NCBI GenBank assembly: GCA_965263275.1
Contig: OZ253668.1
Span: forward strand, 1,756,857 to 1,820,856
Direction of reading: 5' to 3'
Origin: Thermodesulfobacteriota bacterium
GTDB taxonomy: Bacteria > Desulfobacterota_D > UBA1144 > Nemesobacterales > Nemesobacteraceae
DNA: 64,000 nt
Below, piece by piece: positions 9,196 to 18,342 of this stretch. The number at the start of each line of letters is the position of its first letter. Positions within the stretch are counted from its first letter, which is position 1. Made by a program: the position numbers and the translations under genes. Below the pieces are notes generated by a model that had not been told where the DNA came from, made no database searches, and saw only the letters and a list, made by a program, of their open reading frames with translations.

Positions 9196-9687
9196 ATTAA
9201 CAAAAGGATCGCGGCTAAGGAGGTCAGGCTCATAGATGTTGAGGGGGAGCCACTCGGAGTCGTAAGCATTGAAGACGCTTTGCGGATCTCCGAGGAAAAG
9301 GAAGTCGACTTGGTTGAGATTGCGTCAAAGGCTACCCCGCCCGTATGCAAGTTGATGGACTACGGGAAGTTCAAGTACGAACTGAAAAAGCAGCAAAGCG
9401 CTAAAAAACAGAAAGATCAGACGGTAAAGGAGACAAAATTTCGTCCCAACATAGGGGACCACGACCTTGAAGTCAAAGTGAACCGAATGAGGGGCTTTCT
9501 TGAAGCGGGTCACAAAACCAGGATAAGGATATTTTTCAGGGGCAGGGAAATAGTTCACTCAGACCTCGGTCGCAAACTCGCCCAGAATGTCTGCGAAAGA
9601 CTGGCCGATATCTCCTCCGTGGACATGCCGCCCAAAATAGAGGGTAAGAACCTGATAATGATTCTTACGCCGGTAAAAAAACAGTGA
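9196..9687 (+). CDS. infC: Translation initiation factor IF-3 (probable AUU start)
   Basis: INKRIAAKEVRLIDVEGEPLGVVS…VDLVEI…PPVCKLMDYGKFKYE… is canonical IF3. The homology starts at an in-frame ATT at 9196 with GGAG 8 nt upstream. The track ORF (9127) would add a non-homologous N-extension overlapping thrS. Confidence 0.85.
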   Translation: MNKRIAAKEVRLIDVEGEPLGVVSIEDALRISEEKEVDLVEIASKATPPVCKLMDYGKFKYELKKQQSAKKQKDQTVKETKFRPNIGDHDLEVKVNRMRGFLEAGHKTRIRIFFRGREIVHSDLGRKLAQNVCERLADISSVDMPPKIEGKNLIMILTPVKKQ

Positions 9688-9699
9688 GGGATTTGCAAG

Positions 9700-9897
9700 A
9701 TGCCTAAGATGAAAACAAACCGCAGCGCGGCCAAGAGGTTCTCCGCTACGGGAAGCGGAAAAATAAGAAGAAACAAGGGCGGTAAAAGCCATACAAACAT
9801 AAAGAAAAGCTCAAAGAGGATGCGGAGGCTCCTGGAACCGGATTTCATAGAAGGTTCCGCCGCCAAGAGGATCAAGACCTATGTTCCTTACCTGTGA
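9700..9897 (+). CDS. rpmI: 50S ribosomal protein L35
   Basis: MPKMKTNRSAAKRF… 65 aa, a textbook L35 N-terminus. Confidence 0.95.
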   Translation: MPKMKTNRSAAKRFSATGSGKIRRNKGGKSHTNIKKSSKRMRRLLEPDFIEGSAAKRIKTYVPYL

Positions 9898-9920
9898 GCT
9901 GATACAGACGGAGAATACAG

Positions 9921-10274
9921 ATGCGCATAAAAAGAGGAGTTACTTCCAGAAAACGGAAAAAAAGAGTTCTTAAGCTTGCCAAGGGATACTGGGGAAGAAG
10001 AAAGAACAATTTCAGAAGAGCAAAAGAAACCATACTCAGGGCGCTTGCCTATGCCTACAGGGACCGGCGCCGCAGAAAAAGGGATTTCAGGGCGCTTTGG
10101 ATTATGAGGATAAACGCCGGGGTGAGGCCTTTTGGACTTTCCTACAGCAGGTTTATCGACGCGCTGAAAAAATCGGACATCGAGCTTGACCGCAAAAGCC
10201 TCTCGGAACTTGCCATACGAGACCCCGAGAGTTTCAAGGCCGTGGTGGAGTTCGCGACCTCGAAAAAGGGGTAG
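9921..10274 (+). CDS. rplT: 50S ribosomal protein L20
   Basis: [29 protein letters not shown]… 117 aa, an L20 signature. Confidence 0.95.
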   Translation: MRIKRGVTSRKRKKRVLKLAKGYWGRRKNNFRRAKETILRALAYAYRDRRRRKRDFRALWIMRINAGVRPFGLSYSRFIDALKKSDIELDRKSLSELAIRDPESFKAVVEFATSKKG

Positions 10275-10312
10275 GCCTCCGACTGAATCTTAGGTTTTAT
10301 TCCTACTTTCTC

Positions 10313-10990
10313 TTAAAACGGGTTTATCTGGGGATCGTGCGGATCATTCTCAAGCGGGCAGCCGTCGCAGCGGGGGGTCTTTGCGCAGTGAAGTTTCCCC
10401 GTTTTTACTATGAGCGCGTGGTATTCTCCGAAAACTTCCGTGTCGACCGAAAGACTTTGCGTGAAAAGTTTCTGTATCTTCTCGTAACTCGCGCGTTCGG
10501 GGATCAGGCGGTGGCGGCGGAGAATTCTTCGCGAGTAGTTATCGACCACGAACACGGGTTCCCCAAGCGCGTAGAGCAGTATTGAATCGGCCGTCTCTTC
10601 GCCGATGCCGTTTACCGAAAGCAGTTTCTCCCTGAGTTTGTCCGTGTCCTCTCCGAGCATGTTTTCCATTTCACCTCCGTAATCGGCGAATAGAAAATCA
10701 ATAAAATTCTTAAGTCTCTTGGCTTTTAGGTTGTGATATCCGCAGGGGCGGATCAGGGCCGCTAGCTGCCCATATGATACCGATCTGAGTTTTTCCGCCG
10801 AGAGCATGGAATTTCCCCTGAGCGTCGCTATGGCTTTCTCCACGTTTTTCCAGGATGTGTTCTGCGTGAGTATTGCTCCTGTGGCGCACTCAAGCCTAGT
10901 CTGCGCGGGCCACCAGTTCTGCGGTCCGTATCTTTCGTAAAGGACGGAGTAAAAATTCCGTATTCTTTTAGAACCTTTAATATCACTCAA
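10313..10990 (-). CDS. Endonuclease III-like HhH-GPD DNA glycosylase with C-terminal 4Cys cluster
   Basis: YERYGPQNWWPA…, HhH motif LSVNGIGEETADSILLYALG, and C-terminal CAKTPRCDGCPL. The likely start is TTG at 10988-10990, overlapping the stop of the upstream permease. The track ORF over-extends to 11215. Confidence 0.7.
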   Translation of the reverse strand: MSDIKGSKRIRNFYSVLYERYGPQNWWPAQTRLECATGAILTQNTSWKNVEKAIATLRGNSMLSAEKLRSVSYGQLAALIRPCGYHNLKAKRLKNFIDFLFADYGGEMENMLGEDTDKLREKLLSVNGIGEETADSILLYALGEPVFVVDNYSRRILRRHRLIPERASYEKIQKLFTQSLSVDTEVFGEYHALIVKTGKLHCAKTPRCDGCPLENDPHDPQINPF

Positions 10991-12645
10991 CGTGTCTGAC
11001 CCGAACTCCTTTTGCGATTCACGTGGGAGACGATCATGAAAAAGACGGCCGTAAGCGCGTATCCAGCCGCCCATTTCGCTCCCGTCGCGAAGCCGAGGGA
11101 ATACAGGACTCCTTCGACCGAAATCTCCCCCGCGTGTATGAAGCCGAAAAACGCCATCACAGCCCCCACGCCCATCCATGCCGCCGCCTGGCCAAGACGG
11201 CGTTCCACAAGACACACGGCAGTTGCGGCCCAGACTACGGAGGAAAGCATGAATCCCTGAGAAAGCGCCACAAGCCCGGGAAGCTGAAGCCCGTACGAAA
11301 CGAACACATCCAGATTCTCAAACGCGCGGTGAGCAATTGAGCCGTCCGACATTGCCGCTCCCACCGCTCCGACAGTCTGGGAAACCACCACGGTTCCCCA
11401 CGCCGCAAGCGCGGGTATCAACCCCAGGGCCACGGCGGGGGCGTGGGAGCGGGGAGTGGTCTGAAATGCCTGGGATGTCATCACGAGACCTATCCATATA
11501 AGTATTACTCCGGCGGCCTCAACTGGCACCATGGCTACGACGAGAGAACTCAGGCCGACAAGCGACACTACGGCGTAGAAAGCTCCGTTTATCACCGAGT
11601 AGCCTCCTCTCGCCCCCATTCCCTTCCACCCCGGGTGGCCTATGTATATGGTCGTAGGGAAACACGACCCGAAAAGAGACGCAGCTATTGATCCTGCTCC
11701 GTTAACCGCGAGACACGGTCCCGTGGGATAGGGATCTCCCGCGGCCTCGGCGGACTCTATGTTCTGAAGAGACCCGAGGATGTTGTAAAGTCCCATTGGA
11801 AGTACGACGGGAATCAGTACCGAACGCATCAGGGGATCCGAAAGCCCCGCAACGAGATCGCCCACAACGGGAACGGGCAGGTAGAAGCCCACGTCGCCGA
11901 GCGCTTTGCCCACCGCGGGCCCCGACACTGATGTTTCCCCTCCGAATCCCGCTGCGAAGAGAAGCCACGCGGCAAACATTCCGAGGGCAAGCGCAAGACC
12001 CACCCCGGGAATTCCAAGCGGAAGCTTTGTCCTTGAGAGCAGGGTGAACAGCAACACTCCCAGAGGGAGCAGGGCGACCAGAGGATAGGCGAAGCATCTC
12101 GCGGCAAAGTCCATGCACAGAAACGCTACGGCTATTCCCGCAAGCGAAGTGAGAAGTGCGGCGCGCGGAGTCGCTTTTCTTATCTTTTCGGCCACAAAAG
12201 ACCCCAAGAGTTCAATGATTCCCGAGAGGAAGCACGCTGCCACCCCGACGCGCCACGCTACGAGGGCGGCTTCCTGCGGCGTGGCTCCCTGGCTCTGGGC
12301 TAGGAGCTTCGCGGGAATCATTACCAGGAAGATAAAGGCGAAAACGGAAATCGTGTTGATTCCGTAGGGAAGCGCCGTCACATCTTTTCTTCCCGTAGCT
12401 GCCGACAGGCGTTGCGCGAGCCAGGCGTAGTAGAGATTGCCGATAATAAGCGATATGGCTACGGCCGGGAGAACGGACGAAATGACAAACTCCCTTTGCA
12501 GACCCACAAGACTGGTAAGCAGTATCACGATCAAGATGTACTGGACAAGGTTGTCCACCATAAGACCGAAAAAGCCCTCAGCGTCGGAGAACGAAAAAAG
12601 AGGCTGGGCGCCCGTGGGGGAAAAGAGGTTTCTCAGGTTTTTCAT
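10987..12645 (-). CDS. Polytopic membrane permease, NCS2/AzgA-like (xanthine/uracil/purine permease superfamily)
   Basis: 552 aa with at least 12 predicted TM segments. N-terminal region LFSFSDAEGFFGLMVDNLVQYILIV…ALPYGINTISVFAFIF resembles AzgA/PbuG-type purine permeases. Confidence 0.45.
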   Translation of the reverse strand: MKNLRNLFSPTGAQPLFSFSDAEGFFGLMVDNLVQYILIVILLTSLVGLQREFVISSVLPAVAISLIIGNLYYAWLAQRLSAATGRKDVTALPYGINTISVFAFIFLVMIPAKLLAQSQGATPQEAALVAWRVGVAACFLSGIIELLGSFVAEKIRKATPRAALLTSLAGIAVAFLCMDFAARCFAYPLVALLPLGVLLFTLLSRTKLPLGIPGVGLALALGMFAAWLLFAAGFGGETSVSGPAVGKALGDVGFYLPVPVVGDLVAGLSDPLMRSVLIPVVLPMGLYNILGSLQNIESAEAAGDPYPTGPCLAVNGAGSIAASLFGSCFPTTIYIGHPGWKGMGARGGYSVINGAFYAVVSLVGLSSLVVAMVPVEAAGVILIWIGLVMTSQAFQTTPRSHAPAVALGLIPALAAWGTVVVSQTVGAVGAAMSDGSIAHRAFENLDVFVSYGLQLPGLVALSQGFMLSSVVWAATAVCLVERRLGQAAAWMGVGAVMAFFGFIHAGEISVEGVLYSLGFATGAKWAAGYALTAVFFMIVSHVNRKRSSGQTR

Positions 12646-12836
12646 GTCTTATCCCGGGGTTTCGCAGAACTGTAAAAGCCAACGGCGAAGCTGCAATTAA
12701 CCTATCGATTATAATGAAAAAGCTGCCGCAGACAAAACCCCGCGCATTGCCTGTCTCGCTTGGACAGGGTGATTTCGGGTGATTCCCGGACATTGTTTTG
12801 ACAGTCCACTCTTTTGAATGTTTAATCTTTAGGATT

Positions 12837-13922
12837 ATGGCTTACACCCCTTTGTACGAAACGCACAAGAGTTTCGGGGCGCGGATGATTGATTTTGCAG
12901 GGTGGGAACTCCCTCTTCAGTTTGATGGCATAAGGCAGGAACACATGGCTGTCAGGCAGGCCTGTGGTCTTTTTGACGTAAGTCACATGGGTGAAATAGA
13001 AATCAGGGGGCCTCAGGCTGAAACTCTCTGCCAGAAACTCAACACAAATGACATGGCGAAGCTTCGTGATGGACGGGCCCGGTATGGTCTTTTCTGTTAC
13101 CCAGACGGCGGGGCAGTTGACGATCTTATAACCTACAGGTTCTCGGCGGAACATTTCCTTGTCTGCGTAAACGCGTCTAACATTGATAAAGTCTATCGCT
13201 GGATTGGGAATAACTGCGGGGGGCTTGACGTGGAAGTGACCGACTCAAGTCCTGCTTACGCGCAGATAGCCGTTCAGGGGCCTCAAGCGGCATCCGTTGT
13301 GGGGAAAACGCTTGGTGAGGAGAACATGCGGGATTTCCCTAGGTTTTCTTTCAGAATCCTTGGAGGTGAGGCAGCCGGAGTGATAGCTGCGAGAACAGGT
13401 TACACGGGTGAAGACGGCTTTGAGTTGTTCGTGCCCGCGGGGGACGCTGTTTGGGTCTGGGAGAGGCTTCGCGAAAGCGGGAGTGACTTCGGGATTGCTC
13501 TTTGCGGTCTCGGAGCGCGCGATACGCTTAGAATAGAAGCCGGATACCCTCTTTATGGAAACGAGCTGGATGAAAAAACGACCCCGATTGAGGCCGGCCT
13601 GGAGAGGTATGTGAAGATGGACAAAGGCGATTTTATCGGAAGAGATGCGCTTTTGGAACAGGTGGAAAACGGAACAGCAAGAAAAACCATCGGTTTTAAG
13701 ATGCTTGAGAGGGGGGTTCCCAGACACGGCTACGGGGTAATGAAAAATGGAAAGAAGATAGGGGAGGTCACAAGCGGTACCATGTCTCCGGTTCTTGATA
13801 TGGGCGTTGGTATCGCTTCGGTGTCCTCGGGTGAAATTGAGTGCGGAGATGAAATAGGGATTGAGATCCGGGGACATGTGAGAGAGGCGGTTTCTTCTGA
13901 ATTTCCACTTCATAAAGATTGA
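12837..13922 (+). CDS. gcvT: Glycine cleavage system T protein (aminomethyltransferase)
   Basis: MAYTPLYETHKSFGARMIDFAGWELPLQFDGIRQEHMAVRQACGLFDVSHMGEIEIRG is canonical GcvT. RBS agga lies before ATG 12837. The track start (12798) is a TTG 13 codons upstream. Confidence 0.9.
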   Translation: MAYTPLYETHKSFGARMIDFAGWELPLQFDGIRQEHMAVRQACGLFDVSHMGEIEIRGPQAETLCQKLNTNDMAKLRDGRARYGLFCYPDGGAVDDLITYRFSAEHFLVCVNASNIDKVYRWIGNNCGGLDVEVTDSSPAYAQIAVQGPQAASVVGKTLGEENMRDFPRFSFRILGGEAAGVIAARTGYTGEDGFELFVPAGDAVWVWERLRESGSDFGIALCGLGARDTLRIEAGYPLYGNELDEKTTPIEAGLERYVKMDKGDFIGRDALLEQVENGTARKTIGFKMLERGVPRHGYGVMKNGKKIGEVTSGTMSPVLDMGVGIASVSSGEIECGDEIGIEIRGHVREAVSSEFPLHKD

Positions 13923-13952
13923 GAGCAGAAATATAAAGGAGTATTTGAGGTT

Positions 13953-14351
13953 ATGAGTGTACCGAAAGACTTGAAATATACCGAAGAGCACGAGTGGGTG
14001 AGGTTTGAGCAAGACAGGGCCGTGATAGGAATAACCGATTACGCGCAGGAAGCCCTCGGGGAGATAGTTTATGTCGAATTGCCTGTTGAAGGGGATGAGC
14101 TGTTTCAGGGGGATTCCTTTGGTGGAGCGGAGTCGACAAAGGCGGTCTCGGAACTTTTCGCCCCGGTTTCCGGGGAAATTGTCGAGGTAAACGATCTTCT
14201 CGTGGACTCCCCGGAACTTATAAACGCCGACCCTTACGGTGATGGATGGATTATAAAAATCCATATCGGAGAGCTTGACGAAAACGAGATCGAAAAACTT
14301 CTTGATTCTTCAGATTACGAAGAACTGATAGAAGAAGAGAAAGATAACTGA
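13953..14351 (+). CDS. gcvH: Glycine cleavage system H protein (lipoyl carrier)
   Basis: YTEEHEWVRFE…GITDYAQEALGEIVYVELP…ESTKAVSELFAPVSGEIVEVN, with the lipoyl-lysine in ESTKA. Confidence 0.95.
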   Translation: MSVPKDLKYTEEHEWVRFEQDRAVIGITDYAQEALGEIVYVELPVEGDELFQGDSFGGAESTKAVSELFAPVSGEIVEVNDLLVDSPELINADPYGDGWIIKIHIGELDENEIEKLLDSSDYEELIEEEKDN

Positions 14352-14418
14352 TATGTCCAGGCGGTTTAAGTGCCTGAAGGACAAGGCGGTCTGCCTGAGT
14401 TTTTCCGGAGAGTTCTGA

Positions 14419-17340
14419 TTGCAAAGAAAAAACGGCATTTATGAAGAAGAGGATTTTTTCTCAGCGAGGCATATAGGTCCCACGCCGGAGGAAACGCGCC
14501 ACATGCTTTCGCGCATCGGGGCGCGGAGCCTTGAGGAACTGGTGCGGGAAACCATCCCCGCTGACCTGCTTTCGGGAACTCAGATGGCTGTTCCCGCCGC
14601 CATGACTGAGAGTTCCTATCTTGACCACATAAGGGGTATAGCGCGTGAAAACGCGACATTTAGGTCGTACATAGGCATGGGTTATTACGACTGCGTGACC
14701 CCGACGGTCATATCAAGGAACATTCTTGAGAACCCAAGCTGGTACACTCAGTATACTCCTTACCAGGCGGAGATATCACAGGGACGCCTCGAAGCCCTTC
14801 TTAACTTCCAGACCGTGATCTCGGAACTTACCGGGATGGAGCTTTCAAACGCCTCGCTGCTTGATGAAGCGACGGCGGCTGCCGAGGCTATGGCCATGTT
14901 TCACAGGCTAAGCGGCGCAAAGCGGGAGAAGGCGGACGCCGACGGGTTTTTCGTTTCCCGAAGGTGTTTTCCACAGACCATTGATGTCTTAAAGACCCGG
15001 GCCGAGCCCCTTGGAATAAGGATCGTAGAGGGGGAAGAGGAAGAGGCTTCTCTTGACGGGAGTTTCTTCGGCGCGCTTCTGCAGTATCCAGACACCTTCG
15101 GAGAAGTCAGAGATTACTCAGGATTTGTTAAAAGCGCTCACTCCCACGGTGTCATGGTCGCGGTTGCGGCCGATCTTATGAGCCTCGTGCTGCTTACACC
15201 TCCAGGACGTTTCGGTGCCGATGCCGTTGTGGGAACTTCGCAGAGATTCGGGGTTCCGGTCGGATACGGCGGTCCCCACGCAGCCTATTTCGCTACAAGA
15301 GACGAGTTCAGAAGACAGGTTCCCGGAAGAATAATAGGGGTGTCTTTTGACAGGGATAAGACCCCTGCCTACAGAATGGCTCTTCAGACCAGGGAACAGC
15401 ACATAAGAAGAGAGAGGGCCACTTCCAATATATGCACTGCGCAGTCTCTACTCGCTGTAATGGCCTCGATGTACGCGGTTTACCATGGTCCGGCGGGACT
15501 GCGGCGCATCTCCGGCAGGATAAACACACTCACGAAAATGCTTGACCTGGGTTTTAAAGAACTGGGAGTAGCTCAGCTAAACGGGGCGTTTTTCGATACC
15601 CTGCTTATGGATCTTTTACCTTGGGGAGAAGGATCCTGCGAGACGCTTCGCGCAAACGCCCTTAAAGAAAGGATCAACTTCAGATACCTTCCGGACGAAA
15701 AAGTCTGCATATCCCTTGACGAAACCGTTACCGAGGAAGATATTGCGCAGATGCTTTCGCTTTTTTCAGACTCTCTGGGACTGGGCGAGAAGGTCTCTGT
15801 CACTGTAGGCCGGGCTTCCGTCTCTGCGTCTGTGCCCGAGAACCTTCTGAGGAAGGGGGACTTTCTCACCCAGCCGGTGTTTAGCCGCTACCACTCAGAA
15901 ACTCTGATGCTAAGGTACATAAAGAACCTAGAGGGAAGGGATCTTTCCCTGGCCCATTCCATGATCCCTCTCGGTTCCTGCACGATGAAGCTCAACGGTA
16001 CGACGGAAATGATACCGATAAGCTGGGGAGAATTCTCGAAAATCCATCCTTTCGCTCCCCCGGACCAAACAGCAGGGTACGCGCGGGTGATCGGCGAACT
16101 CGAGAAATATCTCTGCGAAATAACCGGGCTTCATGCCTGCTCACTTCAGCCCAATTCTGGAGCTCAGGGAGAGTACGCAGGACTTATGGTAATACGCAGT
16201 TACTTCAAGGAGAAAAGAGAAAACGAAAAGCAAGTGGTGCTGATTCCTTCTTCGGCGCATGGAACCAATCCGGCAAGCGCCCGGATGGCAGGGATGGATG
16301 TCGTGGTGGTAAAATGCCGGAAAAACGGGGACGTGGACATAGACGACCTTCGTAAATGCTGCCGGAAAAATGAGGGGAAAGTGGCATGCCTGATGATTAC
16401 CTATCCTTCGACTCACGGGGTTTTTGAGTCTGGAATAAGGGAGATATGCGACATAATTCACTCAAACGGCGCGCAGGTATACATGGACGGAGCGAATCTT
16501 AACGCGCAGGTGGGTCTTTGCTTCCCTTCGCTCATCGGTGTTGACGTATGCCACATAAACCTGCACAAGACTTTCAGTATTCCCCATGGAGGCGGAGGAC
16601 CGGGAATGGGTCCCATATGCGTCGCGTCTCACCTTGCCGCGCATCTTCCCGGACATCCTGTTGTGGAATGGGTAGGGGGCGAAAAGTCCTGCGGAACCAT
16701 ATCCGCGGCTCCGTGGGGAAGCGCGAGCATACTGCTGATATCCTACGGATATATAAGGCTTCTTGGAAAGGGCGGTATGAGCGAGGCCTCCCGATACGCG
16801 ATACTAAACGCCAATTACCTTAAGACCCGGCTTGAACAGCATTACGACATTTTGTACGAAGGGGAAAACGGAAGAGTCGCCCATGAATTCGTACTCGACC
16901 TTCGGGAGCTTGGAAAAAGCGCCGGAATAACCGTGGAAGATGTGGCCAAAAGACTGATGGATTACGGGTTTCACGCGCCGACGATGTCGTGGCCGGTTAC
17001 GGGAACCCTGATGGTGGAACCCACGGAGAGCGAATCCATGGAGGAAATGGACAGGTTCTGCGATGCGATGATAAAAATCCGCGGGGAAATTCAGGATATC
17101 ATCGACGGCAGCGCGGACCCTTCAGACAACGTGCTTAGAAATTCCCCCCACACGGTCCTGGATCTTGTGTCTTCCGATTGGGAACATCCATACTCCCGCC
17201 GGCAGGCGTTTTTCCCGCTTCCGCATCTTAGAACAAACAAGTTCTGGCCTTCGGTATCAAGAATAGATAACGCCTACGGCGACAGGAATCTGGTGTGCAC
17301 GTGCCTTCCCCCCGAAGCTTACGTGATGACGGATGAGTGA
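14419..17340 (+). CDS. gcvP: Glycine dehydrogenase (decarboxylating), single-chain P protein
   Basis: 973 aa. FxxRHIGP N-terminus, both N- and C-terminal PLP halves in one ORF, and PLP lysine region …[22 protein letters not shown]. Confidence 0.95.
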   Translation: [973 protein letters not shown]

Positions 17341-17351
17341 ATACGGGGAAG

Positions 17352-18287
17352 TCAGATTTTTATCTCTATGTAAGATTTTTTCTTGATGTCCTCAAGCCAG
17401 GAGGTTATGAACCGCTCGGCTTTTTCCATGTAGAGCTGGTGCTTTATTCGGTCTCCGTACCGGGAGACCGATGATTCCCCGTCTTCGATTCTTTCAAGAA
17501 CCTTTACTATGTGGTAGCCGCGGGATGTCTTAACCGGCCCTGCGATACCGTTTATTTCGGTCTGCTCCACTGCGCTTTCCATTTCGGTTACCAGGTCTCC
17601 CTTGACGAAATATCCCAGCAAACCGCCGTTTTGCGCCGATGATTCATCCATCGAATATGTTCTGGCAAGTTGCGCGAATGGGTGCCCGGATTTTGCAAGC
17701 TCCAGAACTTCTTCAGCTTTCGAAAGGGCGTTCTCCGTTTCCTGATTGATCAGTATGTGAGCTATCTTTGTCTGCTTTTCGTAACCGTCGGTGTCTTCTT
17801 CTCCATAATGTTTTTTGTGATATTCCTCTATTTCCTCGTCCGTTACCGCTATGCTTCCCTGCGTGACCGAGTCAAGAAGCCTTCTTGAGAGTATCTGGTA
17901 TTTCCACTGGCGGTGGAAAAGTTCCTCCGTCATGTTCTGTTTTTTAAGCTCCTTGGCTATGGCTTCTTCATCGAGTCCCATCGCTTCCTGCTGGCTTTTT
18001 ACTATCGCCTTTACCTCTTCGTCGCTTACCGATATCTTCCTCGCTGCCGCCTGCTGATCGAGCAGGATACGATCTATCATGGCGTCAAGCACTTCGCGGC
18101 TGGTGATTTCCGCTTCCGGATTAGTTCTTACGTCTTTTATCTCCTGATGCAGTTCGCTAAGCGTTATTATTCTGTTGTTTACCACAGCCACCACTTTTTC
18201 CGCTGTTGCCGCTTGCGCTGCGTGGGCGGGCATCAGTGTAAAAACCGCGAAAAACGCCAAGACCGTAAGCCACCATGGTTTTTTCAT
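17352..18287 (-). CDS. SurA/PrsA-like periplasmic peptidyl-prolyl isomerase (parvulin type)
   Basis: Signal peptide MKKPWWLTVLAFFAVFTLMPAHAAQA, a SurA N-terminal domain, then a PpiC domain (…NGGLLGYFVKGDLVTEMESAV…). Start chosen at the M preceding the signal peptide. Confidence 0.75.
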   Translation of the reverse strand: MKKPWWLTVLAFFAVFTLMPAHAAQAATAEKVVAVVNNRIITLSELHQEIKDVRTNPEAEITSREVLDAMIDRILLDQQAAARKISVSDEEVKAIVKSQQEAMGLDEEAIAKELKKQNMTEELFHRQWKYQILSRRLLDSVTQGSIAVTDEEIEEYHKKHYGEEDTDGYEKQTKIAHILINQETENALSKAEEVLELAKSGHPFAQLARTYSMDESSAQNGGLLGYFVKGDLVTEMESAVEQTEINGIAGPVKTSRGYHIVKVLERIEDGESSVSRYGDRIKHQLYMEKAERFITSWLEDIKKKSYIEIKI

Positions 18288-18342
18288 CTTAAATCTCCTT
18301 GCAAACCGTTTTTTCTCTCCTGCCTCAACCCCGCGGACTATA

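Noticed and set aside
13245-14264. 339-aa ORF on the minus strand
   Set aside because: It is entirely antisense to gcvT/gcvH, which have unambiguous homology. It has an odd low-complexity composition (many R/F/L) typical of a shadow ORF.
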